Shown one piece after another: positions 37,686 through 49,868 of a stretch of DNA of 64,000 bases. A program made the translations under genes and the position numbers. Under the pieces are notes generated by a model. It searched no databases and had not been told where the DNA came from. It was given only the letters and a program-made list of their open reading frames with translations. Each line of letters opens with the position of its first letter. Within the stretch, counting starts at the first letter, position 1. The DNA is from Camelus ferus (taxonomy: Eukaryota), in the NCBI RefSeq assembly GCF_009834535.1, contig NC_045725.1, positions 2,790,001-2,854,000 of the forward strand, written 5' to 3'.

Positions 37686-39912
37686 ATGACATCTTTCTTG
37701 CCCCCTGGATTCCAACACTGTAACATGCCAACTGGCAGCTGTGAGAACACGCTCCCAGGCTCAGCCCAACCTCTGTACTTGGGTTATTCTGGCAAGTCAC
37801 TCTCCCATCTGAGATTTGGTGTCTACGTTAATTTAATTATCATACAGTTAAGCTGAAGCCCAAGTAAAAGGCATCATTGTTTCTGTGGCTTTGGGTCCTT
37901 GCAAAACAGACTCTGTCATTTCACACACCCTAAATCGTGCTTGAGCACAAGCCCTGGAGCCAGACACAGGTCGTCAGTGGACAGACAAGGCGAGTGGGTA
38001 ATAGCGTTAATGACACACGTGAGTTAGCGTGACTACAGCGCAGGTTATTTACAGATGTGTGTGCGTCCACACGCTGCTGTCTCGTAGCTGCGTTAAGTCA
38101 CTTGACAAAATACCGGCGTCTTGAAATTTAAAGGTAAAAGGCGAGCTGAAACGTTGGGATGTGCTGGCAGGAATTGGCCTCTTTCGGAGAGCGGTCAGAG
38201 GAATGTCCTCGCGAGCACAGCGGCCCGTCTGCCCCGCCCGCAGGGCCTGGCCTCCACCCTGAGGCCCCTGCCACCTGCATCTGCTGCCCGGCTCTCTCTC
38301 CCCGCTGCCCTCCCAGCCCCTCTCTTGCAGCTTCCCTGCCTTTCTCCCCTCGAGCCGACGTCCCACCCAGACCATCGGGTTCATCTTCTTTCTCTGGCTG
38401 GCTTTGCCTCCCCACCCCGACATGCACACCTCTGAGAACAGGGGCTCTCCCACTTGTGGCCCCCCACCCAGGACCCTGAAGAGCCGTGCTGGGCCCTCGG
38501 CACTGTCACAGCCAGCGGCTGAGCGGGTGCCATCACCCCAGAGTCAAATGATGTCACCTTGTGGCGTCTACTCAGCGCATGGTCTCCACGTTGGTCTCGG
38601 TGGTGATCTCCAAACCGTGCAGGGCTGGTTACTTCTCCTGGAGATACCTGCCGGGAAGGAGACAGCTTCTTCAGAACATCCCCTCAAATTGCCTCCTCTG
38701 AATGCATGGAAGTAGGAAGCCTCCAGGAGCCCACTCATTAACACGGAGGCACAGCCCACCGCACTTCTTTTTCTGGCATGCCTGGGCCTCCAGAACCAGG
38801 GAACTCCCTTACTAACAGGGTGTGGAGAAGCAGAGTGTCCCGGACACTCCAGCGCGACGGTGGCCAGCACTGCGTGGGCGGCTGTAGGCCAGAGAGCATC
38901 ACAATCTCTGATCTCTGCACGTCTGGACTCATAGAGTGTCCGCAGTGACCCCATGAGATGGACGATATGATTACGTCCATTTACGATGAAGGAGACAGCT
39001 CAGGAGGCCGCAGAGGCGGGCAGCGCTGACCATGTATTCAGAAAAGTGGTTGGACTCTGCTCTTTCAAAGTGTTCGCCCTTTAGGCAAAGCTGTGTCTTC
39101 AAATATTAGACCTTTTGCCCTCTGCCTGCCTGCATCACAGGAGGCGGTTAAATACACGAGTGCAGGTGCAGGTGACGTGTTCAGGGAAATTAGGTCGGTT
39201 TTATTACATCAAACTGAAGGAAGTGTGTTCACTTGCAAATGAAAAGGATGCGAGTTTCCCGTTGCCTTATTCTGTTCCCAATAATGTAGAAAACCCTTCT
39301 GATCTGAACAGATGCCCTGGTGTGAATTAGCTTAAGTGCACTTTTAACAAATTCTCGGCTCACTGGACCGTCGAACTCTTAAGTAAAAGAGCTGCGCTGC
39401 GCAAGGCCCGTCTCGCTGCCTCCCCCGACCCCAGTCCTTCCTTCCTGAGCACCCTCTTCCCCTCCTCAGCCAGCTGAGGAAGCGGCGGCCTCCCGGGGCA
39501 CGCAGCAGGACCCTGGAGTTCCTAGAGTAGGCGCCAGCGTGTCCGGCTGCGTAACGGGCCCCGATAAACCGTCTGACTGCGACACCAGTTAACGCTTACT
39601 GTGCTGTGACTCCCAGAAGCCAATGTTTAGATAAAGTCCCGAGCCTCTTCCGTTGCGCTTGTTGTTTAAAGAGTGCTGCGTCCTAATCGCACCACGGGCC
39701 GGGCTTCCAGAGAGCGCAGCTTTACAGCCCACCCGTGAGAGCAGCGTCTCACCACGATGGCGTCACGAGGACCTCAGACAGGTTGTTTTAAACCCCCCGC
39801 AATGTTTTCATGTGAACTCCATGCGAACCGAGCACTATGGGTTTTTTTAAACATCTTTATTAAGATGTGATTCACATACCACACAATCCACCCATTTTTT
39901 TAAAAAAAAAGC

Positions 39913-40036
39913 TTTCCTTCTGGGGGAGGTCATTAGGTAATTTATTTATTTATTATTTATTTATTTAAGGGAGGGACTGGGGATTGAACCCATGACTTCG
40001 TGCATGCTAAGCCGGTGCTCTACCCCTGAGCTCCCC
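39913..40036 (-). mobile_element. tRNA-derived SINE (Vic-1-like)
   Basis: Reverse-complement head (GGGATTGAACCC...CTCTACCCCTGAGCT) with a (TTTA)n tail and GGGGGAGGTCATTAGGT. Confidence 0.85.
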
Positions 40037-40077
40037 TGGTTCCACGCACTGTTTATCATCAGATTTATCTATCTATT

Positions 40078-40798
40078 TATTTATTTTTAATTGAAGTAGA
40101 GTCAGTTACAATGTGTGAGTTTCTAGTGCACAGCGTCACATTTCAGTCATACATATATATACATATATTTGTTTCCATATTCTTTTTCATTATAGGTTAC
40201 TACGAGGTACTGAATATAGCTCCCTGTGCTCTACAATATGAACTTGTTGTTTATCTATTTTATATCTAGTAGTTAGTATCTGCAGATCCCAAATGCCAAT
40301 TTATCCCTTCCCACCTCCTTCCCTTCCTGGTAACCGTAAGTTTTATTCTATATCTGTGAGTCTGTTTTGTAAATAAGTTCATTTGTGTCTTTTCTTCTTC
40401 TTTTTTTTTTTTTAAGAAGATTCCACATGTAAGTGATATCATATGGCATTTTNNNNNNNNNNNNNNNNNNNNNNNNNNNNNNNNNNNNNNNNNNNNNNNN
40501 NNNNNNNNNNNNNNNNNNNNNNNNNNNNNNNNNNNNNNNNNNNNNNNNNNNNNNNNNNNNNNNNNNNNNNNNNNNNNNNNNNNNNNNNNNNNNNNNNNNN
40601 NNNNNNNNNNNNNNNNNNNNNNNNNNNNNNNNNNNNNNNNNNNNNNNNNNNNNNNNNNGCACAGGTGTGTTTTCAAATTAGCATTCCCTCCACATATATG
40701 CCCTGGAGTGGGATTCATGGATATATGATAGTTCTGTTTTTGGTTTTTTGAGGAATCTCCATATTGTTTTCCATAATGGCTGCACCAAACTACATTCC
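40078..40798 (-). mobile_element. L1 3' end (L1MA/cetartiodactyl type) spanning the assembly gap
   Basis: TTTTAATTGAAGTAGAGTCAGTTACAATG...AGATTCCACATGTAAGTGATATCATATGG...GAGGAATCTCCATATTGTTTTCCATAATGGCTGCACCAAACTACATTCCC. Confidence 0.9.
40453..40658. other. Assembly gap (206 N)
   Basis: Run of N characters inside the L1. Confidence 1.
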
Positions 40799-41129
40799 CG
40801 TCAGCAGCGTCACCAGGTTTAAACACCAGGAACACACGGAAGGACCTCCTCACCCACGTGGAAGCTGGATCCTGGCAGCTCTGGAGCGGGCCATCTGCTT
40901 GGTCAGAGTGTTGCGTTGCTTCCCTTCCTGTTTGGGTGGTACTTGAGGTCCCTGAGATTTGATTGGAGAGTGGTGCTCTCAGAATTTAAACTGAACATGT
41001 ACACAGCCGGCCCATACAGGGCCTGAATTTATTCTCAGTGTGAAAAGAATGTTTTGCTTCTTAAAACCCAAAGAGAGAGTTTCCCTTAGAGAGATGCCAC
41101 AGTTTTCCTAGAAGTCACAGAGTGTCCCC

Positions 41130-41530
41130 AAAAGCTAGGCACTGGCTGGTTAGCATCCTGGTCTCCTCCCCACGTGCCCACACCACCATACACACGGCTG
41201 CGCAGAGCCCTGGGGGCCGGCAGGGTTGGGTCCTTCTGAAGGTTCTGAGTCTGTCTAGACTTATCCTAGAATCTGGAGTGCCCAGCATCCCTGGCCTCCC
41301 TGGCCTGTGGCTACCTCACTCCATCTGCTCCATCATCACATGGCCTCTTGTATGTCCTTGTCTGTGTCTGAATTTCCTCTTCTAAGAAAGGAGGGCCATA
41401 CAGTCATCATTGGATGGCGGGCCCACCCTACCCCAGTGACCTCGTCTTGGCTAGTTCCCTCTGCCCTGACCCTAATTTCCAAATAAAGTCAGCATTCCCA
41501 GGTACCAAGGGTCAGGCTGTGCATGTGTTT
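41130..41530 (-). mobile_element. MaLR LTR (MLT1-type)
   Basis: CCCAGCATCCCTGGCCTCCCTGGCCTGTGG...ATCACATGGCCTC...CAGTCATCATTGGAT..GGGCCCACCCTACCCCAGTGACCTCGTCTTG...TTTCCAAATAAAGTC. Confidence 0.7.
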
Positions 41531-42121
41531 TTTAAGGGAGGCAAATGAACACAGGGAGTGAAGTTTGGTGTTGAACTGTGGATTTTAAGGCAATTGGGGA
41601 GTAAGGAGTGTTTATCCACACTCTGCTCAACCACTTGGTAAAGTCACCCAATCAGGTGACAAAGGCCACAGGGGATGAAGGAATTTTGTTTAAAAAACAA
41701 AAACTCTCCCCAAGGCAGTTTTATGTCCAGTCTGGGAAACTTCGGTTTGACCTAATTAGATTTCTTTAGACTCTAATGGAACCAGCTCCTCACTAAGAAC
41801 AAGAAACAGGGCCTTCCTGACACGGGCAGGTGCGCCCTGGAAATACATGGAATGGTGTCCAGCTCATTCTTTGAACAATTTGCATTTCTTTTGTACGAAA
41901 AACACATCCTCTGGAACGAGAGGATGCTTGCATGCCCAGGCGGAAAAGACAAGCCAGAATTCAGACTCCCCCGCAGAAAACCCACCCTGAACCAGATTCC
42001 ACCTCCGAGCAGGATGGATGTGAGGGTGTGATTTGCCAGCAGGAGAGAAACGCGCCAAAGTGTCTTGCTGAATCGCACACTGCATCCTAAGGAAGGGTTT
42101 GTTTTGTGTTGTTTTTTCCAG

Positions 42122-42209
42122 GAGGGTGAAACTAACAGAGAAGAATCTGAAAAAAGGAGAAACCGCCGTCACCTGCCCCGGGAGACCTCGGAAGACAGCG
42201 ATGTGTTCG
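42122..42209 (+). CDS. MBP: Golli-MBP coding exon 3 (88 nt): EGETNREESEKRRNRRHLPRETSEDSDVF(G)
   Basis: Homologous to human NSETNRGESEKKRNLGELSRTTSEDNEVF(G). Acceptor TTTTTTCCAG and donor TTCG|GTACGT. Phases 0 and 1 match the flanking exons. Confidence 0.95.
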
Positions 42210-45200
42210 GTACGTCCCATAAAAATCAGACGATGATTTCATACGATTGTTGTGAGCCACACACTCTTGTTTGGGGAAGGTCTTGGTTTTCTCCATTACG
42301 TGAGGGACCTGTGAGTCTGTTCTCGTGACTGAAGCGCAGACTCCACGGAACGTGGGGGCTGAGAGCGTGCTCCCTCCTGCCCCGACGTGGCCGCCCTGGG
42401 GAACCCCGCCGTCCGGCCCCACCTTGTTTTCGTTCCGCGTGCCTTTCTGCACACTGACACGGGCGAGTTCCCAGAGCTGTCCTAGCTAGGAGATGTTTCT
42501 CGAACCATCTGCTCAATCCCTTGGGTGCAGAGTCCAGAGGCCCAGCATGCCCGTGAAAGTAAGCGGTGGGGCTGGGCGGGAGCCGCGGAGCGTGGGCACC
42601 AGGGCGTTTATCTGAACTCCAAAGGGCGAGTCGGGGTGTCGGGGGAGAAGTGCTTTCCATAGAAGGTCACTCTTCCGTCGCCCTAGGAATGGAAGTTGCC
42701 GCCCCCGCCGCGGGGAGGGCACCGGCCCCCACTGACTCTTGCATTACCGCTGTCGGGCCCACCTTTGCCGGGTGGCAGTGACCCTGGGCGACCTGCCACG
42801 GCCGCAGGCTACGCGGGGCCTCGCGCGGGTCTGTCCTTTCCCCTTCTGCACGCGATCCTGGAGCGCTGAGGCCTCAGGCCCGGGGCCCGGTCTGGCTGGT
42901 TATCAGCGGAGGAGGGACCGGTTTCCCAGCTACTGAGATGAGCTCTCACCATGGCCAGCCCGCCCCGCGGGGCTGACACCCAGGAAAGGCCCCCCGCCGT
43001 GTGCCTGGCCCGGCCCCTGCTGATTCCTGGAAAGCGTTTCTTTATCCTTCACGTGTCAGGCAAGATAATCCACCCCGATATTTTTTGTTCCTGATTTACA
43101 CGCTCTGTTTCAAAAACCTTTTCCTTTTCTCTAATCCCATCCTTCTGGAGCAAGCCCACATCATAACAGAAGGACCCCTGCCCACTTTTTCAGTATCTTA
43201 ATTAAGCTTCCATGAAAATCAGTGTAACCCAAGACGGAGACGAAACGCAGCGGATTAGCGGAATGGACGTCAGACTGTGAAAGGAACCGTTGCTCTCTCC
43301 TGGTTTCCACCTGCTTTGTGCCCGTCTCCGCAGGGGTTTCCTTGGGGCCTGAACCCGGCCCAGTGCCTCTAGGTCGTGGGGTGCCCGCTCCTCAGGGGCA
43401 GAGGAAAGAGCGGAAGAGGGAGCACCGTCTCGGAGGACAGCGTGTGGTCTTAGGATACGGGGAGGGGCTCTGACTGCAAACTGGAACCGCATGTCTGAGG
43501 GCCGATGGCTGTAATACTAAGTCTGCCTGTAAACCTCTCAGATACAGGTCTTTGGTCCTGTGTCCAACGACACACGTAGATAAGTACAAAAAAGGAAATG
43601 ACAAAAAAGAAATGTCCGTATTTAGGCTCTGTCTATGAAGAAGAGTAAATTTTAGAATTTGGGGGCCACGGTTGCTTCTTTTTAACGCAGGCATCCTGTG
43701 TGTCACTGCTGCCCAGGGTCACTGCCCTTAGGATGAGCCGTAACAGTGTCAGCCACTCTTTCTCCGTCAGACACACCCGCATGCGTGCGCACACGGTTAT
43801 ACACGCCTGTGCGCAGCACTGTGTGACGTAACACGGAAATGACCTATTATAGGCCTTTTCCGTAAATTACAGACATGGTGTAATTCCCCGAAGTTCTTTC
43901 AAAGGCAGCCCTCTTTCATCTTCTCAGTGAGATACTCAGTCTGGAGAATTCTTTTATTATCCAGAGTCGATGTGAAAACCAGCCGAAGTGTGGCGGTTTC
44001 ACTCCCGTCACAAAGTTAGACTTGTGTTTTACTGGGAAGAAAAATGCCACAAGCCAAGCTGCGTCTTGTCCTCGGTGACTTCGCAGGGCCTTGAACACCG
44101 AGAGGCTTGAATACCCACTGAGTGAACGTGCTTCTGACGTGCCAAGCTCTCAGCCCTCAGAGTGACGGGGAGCAGTCACTGATTGTCACCTTCACGGCAT
44201 GAACAGCTGACACCACTGAGTCACAGCGGAGGGGAACGTGTGACCACGAGTCAGGGTGGCCCAGGGCGCCTCCTGGGTCCCGCTGTTCCATGCTCTGCAA
44301 TCCTGAGTCACGCAGACGAGGGGCCCTGCCCAGCTGGCCGGCGTCTGCTTTTGAACTGGATCGTCTCACCCTCCCAGTGCTCCTCTGGGGTCCAAAGCTG
44401 CCCCAGCCTGAAGGTGCGGAACAATGAGGAGAAACAAAGCTAAAATAATCTTGGCTGTCAATCCTGACCGTACTGTCTTGGAGGAAATCTGAGAATTCTT
44501 TTTCAGTTCTGAAGGGTTGACACCTGTCACTCCAGGGGAGAGTCAGCAGGTCCCTCCCGACTTACAGAGAGGTCTCCTCCTGACAAGACAGGAATTCCCT
44601 GCGTGTGATCGGGAAACCACACCTTCGTGATGCTCTAGGAAACATCTGAGTCACCAGCAGCCGTTTGCTGATGCTCTTGGGGCTCCTGGTTACTCATTTC
44701 GTCTGCGTGTTGGAAGAACCGGGGGCGCGGGAGAACTTCCTCGGAACCGGGGAAGGCAGAGCCCGTCACTGACTCAGCAGTGCATGTAGGAGTTTTATTT
44801 ACTTTTTCATCTCAAGGGAAACTTTCCCCGAAGTGTTTGGATCTAAGTGAATAACTCACTAGAGCACACTGGTAAATTTCTCAGTAATTTCTCTCTGACC
44901 GAGGGTGGTGACACTCCAGGTTTGCCTGGTCACCTAAAAACGTTTCAGGGCTCGCGAGCCTACAGAACCATGGGCTGTCCGAGCTTTGGGAACCAGAGTG
45001 TTTGGCGGTGGGACAGTTACTGGGGTTTTTTGGAACCTCACACCCACACACATGGCACAGGCTGTCTTCGTCATCTGAAATCCAGGCAGGAAGGACGGGG
45101 ACGCCCACCCGCGCGAGCTCACCAGTCCCAGGGTGAAAGAGATGCAGGGAACTCGGCTGCGGAGAGGGGAAGCCTGAGGTTGCCCCAGTCACACCGACGA

Positions 45201-45529
45201 AGACGTCTCCAGAAGAGGGCACCCCTGCTCTTCCCAGAGCCACGGTGGCTCCTTCCAGACGCGACCCACGTCTCCAGAGCCAGAGAGACAGGACGAGAGT
45301 ACCGCAGCGTGAGGTGGACGCTGGTGCCGCTCTGCAGGGCCACGGGGGTCGTGAGCGCGTCCCTCACTGCTTCAGTCACGGCGCCTTGCGGGGCTAAGCC
45401 ACGTGCTCGTTGCAGGTACAGGGCAGAATCCCACGAGGAATCGCCGATTCATCGCCCAGATAAAGGAGAGAGAATTGTCTGTGTTTAATGTTCAGGGAAA
45501 CTGTTCATATTAAAAACATGAGTATAATA

Positions 45530-45600
45530 TGTATAACATATAAAATATAATATATTGTGTTAATAATATATAAGTAATACACGTTGTCATATATATTTAA
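45530..45600. repeat. AT-rich low-complexity (TA-like) tract
   Basis: TATAATATGTATAACATATAAAATATAATATATTGTGTTAATAATATATAAG. Confidence 0.7.
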
Positions 45601-47202
45601 GTAGGTAGAAACGTGTGTGTGTGGCGGGGGTTATTTTATAAAGCTTGCGTTGGGGCGGGGCCCGGCCTGGCCCTCGAACGAGCTTAGTCAGCATCTGCCA
45701 GTGACGGAGCCGCCTCCCCCTGCGGCCCCGTCCCCTCCTCCCCCTAAGACACCTTTGCAAACTGCTGATTTCCCCCAGAAATGCCCCCCAGGGTCCTAAG
45801 CCTGAGCTCTTTACTCCCGAGAAGTTCTGCACCTGGGCCGCTGCTGAGCACAGGGTGCACACGTGGGAGGAGCTGGGGGCAGAGTGGGGGGCGCCTGGGC
45901 ACCCGCAATTCCGAGACCGACCGGGATGAGGGCTGCGGTCCAGCGAAGGCTCCTCCGGGGAGCGATGCCCCTGGTGAGCTGGCTGGGGCACCAGCAGGGC
46001 CGGCCCTGGTGAGGCCGAGTCGCTGAGGCCTCCTGCTGGCCGCCCACGCGTTTACCCCACCCCCGCCGGCCCCGGCCCTCAGATTAGAATGAGCTGCTGA
46101 GAGTCACTTGAGGCCAACAGAGTCACAATAGGACAACTGAACGGTTCCCAGAACAAAAGGGGAATGCAGGCCGCACATGGGCACAAGCAGCAGCTGCGTG
46201 GGGTTGGTCAGCGGGCAGCCCTGTGTGCCCGCTGAGGCCCGGGGACGCAGAGTCCCCCTCGCCCCTCTCCGGACCCCCCCCCAACCGCTGCCATCCTCGG
46301 GGTCAGTGAGCCTCTGGGGTCCCCAGCTTTGGTTTCCATCAGGAAGAGTCCCCATTCCCAGCTTCCACCTCAGGCTGGCCTGAACTGGCCGTGAGGCCAG
46401 GCCCTGCCTCGTCCTCAGTCCCCCCCGCCTGTGGCCCCCGAGCCCGAGGGCCCTCGCCGGCGGCCGCGCCCTGGGCAGAGCCGGGCAGGCACGCGCTCCC
46501 AGCCCCGCATCGGTTCCTGTGGGCGACCTCGCAGCCCCTGAGCTGTGACGGCAGTGGCTCGTGGGTGAGACACAGTGCTGGCCGACTTAATTTCTCACTA
46601 GAGAGGTGGCAGGCAGCGGGCGGTGTCCGCGTCGCTCCCAGCAGGTGGGCCCGATGTGAATCCGCGTCACTGAGGAGTCCTACCCTTGGACTGTTGTGTT
46701 AAACATTTTAATTTCAGGGCTACAATCCAGTCATTTTCCAGGTCACGTAAAATTCACACGAGAAGGCCCTCCTCCCGCCTTTGTTCCTGTCTCTTAGCAG
46801 CAAGGACTCTTCCTGGATGGTTGAATTTTATATGCTGTCTTAATTAGTTTGAAAATTTACCTCTAGCTGAAAATTTGTATCTAAACTGCTTTAAAACAAA
46901 AAGTATGTCTTAATGTCTTCCTTCTTTTTCTAAAATCTTTATAAAGAATCAAAGATGCTGTGGACCAATGTCATAACCAGGGGTCCCATCACTGGAAGGT
47001 GACGCTGTGTTGACATGTGATTTGCTGCAGATGTGGGGGCAGGGGGACGGGCCTTCCATCCAGGTGACGACACCAGTCCTAGTGTTCACGCAGCAACTAC
47101 TCCGATGCCTTGAGGTCCCGGGGGAATCCCAGTGAACGTTCCGTCCATCTTTATGAAAACACATGCTGCTCCAGCCCCAGAGAAATGGACTTTGACTCAC
47201 AC

Positions 47203-47290
47203 ACCCATACACACACACACACACACACACACACTCATTCACCTACGCACACACACGCTGACACACTCACGCACTCCAACATGCCATATG
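47203..47290. repeat. (CA)n microsatellite with degenerate extension
   Basis: ACACACACACACACACACACACAC followed by CAC-rich sequence. Confidence 0.9.
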
Positions 47291-48283
47291 CACACTCACG
47301 CAGCCACACACAGAGCCAGGCAGGACGGGGTGGGGAGGGGACACGCCACGTCCCCACCCCGGGGGAGCCTTCTGCCGGTCTGCAGGCCCAGCTGGTGGGA
47401 ACCACGGGACCCCTGGGCTTCATTTGTGAGCGAGGACAGCCACCCACAGCTGTGCCAGCTGTGTCGTTGGCAGGAGATTTCTGGAAGTTTCTTTGCCACC
47501 AGTTGTTTGCCCATAACTGAAGATGAGAGGGCGGTGGTGGTCTCAGGAGGAGCAGAAGGAGAGCCATCTCTGAGGGGGGCCCAGGGGCGTGTACTGCCAC
47601 TGCTGGGCTGGGATCCCTGGAAAGGGCTGGGGAGACCCCCAGCACCGCCCTCTTGGGCTGCACAGTCAGGCTTCTCGGGTACCCAGGGGGTTGCCTCGGG
47701 CTTTGGGATGCTGTCCAGTCCTCAACGTCGTTCTCACTCATCTTCACTGACACTGAATTAAAGAAGACACCTGAGATGGTGAGAGGGAGGGACCCTCTCA
47801 GGCTGCCCTCAGGTTGGGGACAGTGGAAGGACAGAGAGAAAAGTTTCAAAAGCATTAGCTGCCCCGCAGCCGGGAGGGAGGGTGCGGGTCTGCCTCGGCT
47901 GCCGGTTCCAAGGCCGTCCCAGGCACATGGGCCGCAAAGAGCGGGACCCGACACCAGGAGCACTTTGCCCCCGTTCCTGGGGTTCCACACCCGCTCTGCA
48001 GACGTTTAGACGCCTGGAGGGACCAGCTGCACTTTGACTCACTTGTAGAGCGATACTCCTTGAAATCCTGTACGAAACTGCCGTCAGCCCCTCACCCGCG
48101 GGGCCTTCCAAGCCATTCAGATAGAGGCTTATGTTCAGCCGGAGCCGGAGGGGTCTGTGCAGCTGGGGCGCAGCGCCAAGAGAGAGCTGCCTTGTGCGCA
48201 GAGCAACGCTGCAGCCGGCTGTGGGCCCCGCGAAGCACGGAGGTGGAGGGGTCAGCGAGCTGACACGGAAAACGTAAATAAAG

Positions 48284-48470
48284 CGGGGCAGGGTGGAGCG
48301 CGTGCCTAGCGTGCACGAGGTCCTGGGGTCAATCCCCAGTCCCTCTGTTTTTAAAAAAATAAACAAATAAACCTAAAATTACCTCACTGCCGTTGAAAAT
48401 ATTTTTAAGAAACATAAAGAAAAAATTTTTAAAAGAAACAAAATTTTTTAATTAAAAAAAATATAAATAG
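48284..48470 (+). mobile_element. tRNA-derived SINE (Vic-1-like), A box deleted, long A-rich tail
   Basis: GAGCGCGTGCCTAGCGTGCACGAGGTCCTGGGGTCAATCCCCAGT...AAATAAACCTAAAATTACCTC. Confidence 0.85.
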
Positions 48471-49774
48471 AATGCTACTTCTGTGTTTCAGAATGTTAGT
48501 GTCTTCAAAATTATAAAAAACTATCTGCAGTTTTCAAATCTGTTTTGTTTTTGCAACTGCCTCTCTCTTCAGCGCAGCCCTGGAGGCGGCAGAGGCATTT
48601 TCTCCGCTGGGTTTGTCCCCGTGACTCTGTGGCTCCAAGTCTGGAGATGTCTCCAGGGAAGAGTCGTGCTTTGAGGGCAGGTGGCTCCTCGAAGTCAGGA
48701 GAGGGGCAGTAACGCCAGAACAGCGTAGCGCAGGGAAGCCTGGTGGCTGGCTGCTCCTGGCATCAGTCTGATAAGACCCTCAGCGGCGGCTGCTCAGCTC
48801 TTAGCAGGGGAGGGGACCAGCCCTTGTTTCCGTGGCTACAGAAGCCGGCCTCCCTCGGCCCCTAGTCATCCAGTGGCGCGTGCTTCTGATACGTCACTAG
48901 CCGATCGAAGGGCCTTCAGGCAGCTTTTACTCTAACCTTGCAGGAACTTCAGGAGACAGAAAACAAAACCAGCCTTTGCGTCGGCAGGGTTGAAACAGAG
49001 ACCAGACTGTTAAGCTCTCCATCCTCGTAATGCCTCGCACAGGGATTGTTTTATTATTTTGAAATGAGGATTACTCATCCTGCAGGTGTTGGCCGAGCGA
49101 TTTCTATGCCCCAGGCACGTGTCTCAGCGGAGAAGGGCAGCAGTGAACGAAACAGAAAGGCCTGCCGCGTGGACATGACCTCTGACCTGGGTCCCAGTCC
49201 TGACTCTGCTGCTTAACAAGCGTGTGCTTTTCGGTCTGACCCCGCTGAGTCCTGGTGCTGACACCTGTGAACCGGGCATGGGGGTGCCTGCGACGCGGGG
49301 ACCTGGGGGGCCGGGGGCAGGTGCGAGTGAGACTCACACAGGGGTCTGCAAGGAGGAAGCTCGGCTCTCTTCCTTTCCTTCTTCTCGGCGTGGAGCCCCG
49401 TGCCCCACCCCCACTTCCTTAACCGTAAGTCAGCTCCGAGGACCCTGTCCCTGCCTGGCCTTCACTGCTGGCACCCCCGGCCGTACGGAGGCCGGAGCGC
49501 AGGTGAGCGGCGCCGTGAAGCTGTGAAGCGGGAGGAGCGCAGGGTGCAGCTCCATCAGCGTCTTGTCAAGGGAGCGAGTCCCCCACGGGGGCAGGGAAGT
49601 TGCAGGAAGGATCACCCTTCCAAGTGCAGAGAGAAGAGACGCCTGTTAGAGCTTTCGTTCTAACCGTGACGGTCGGCGTCTTTTCTCACTGAGCTGCGTT
49701 CGGTCTGTGGATTTGCTGACTGGACATGTCACACGTGGCCTTGATCCCATTTTTATGGCTTTTAAATGTGTTTT

Positions 49775-49868
49775 TAAATTTTTTTCCCCTTAACAGAAGC
49801 ACTGGGGATTGAACCCAGGACCTCGTGCACACCAAGCATGCACTCTACCACTGAGCTATACTCCCCAC
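49775..49868 (-). mobile_element. tRNA-derived SINE (Vic-1-like) with intact Pol III A and B boxes
   Basis: Minus strand reads GGGGAGTATAGCTCAGTGGTAGAGTGCATGCTTGG...GAGGTCCTGGGTTCAATCCCCAGT. Confidence 0.9.

Noticed and set aside
40266-40853. ORFs containing X runs
   Set aside because: Artefacts of the 206-N gap within an L1.
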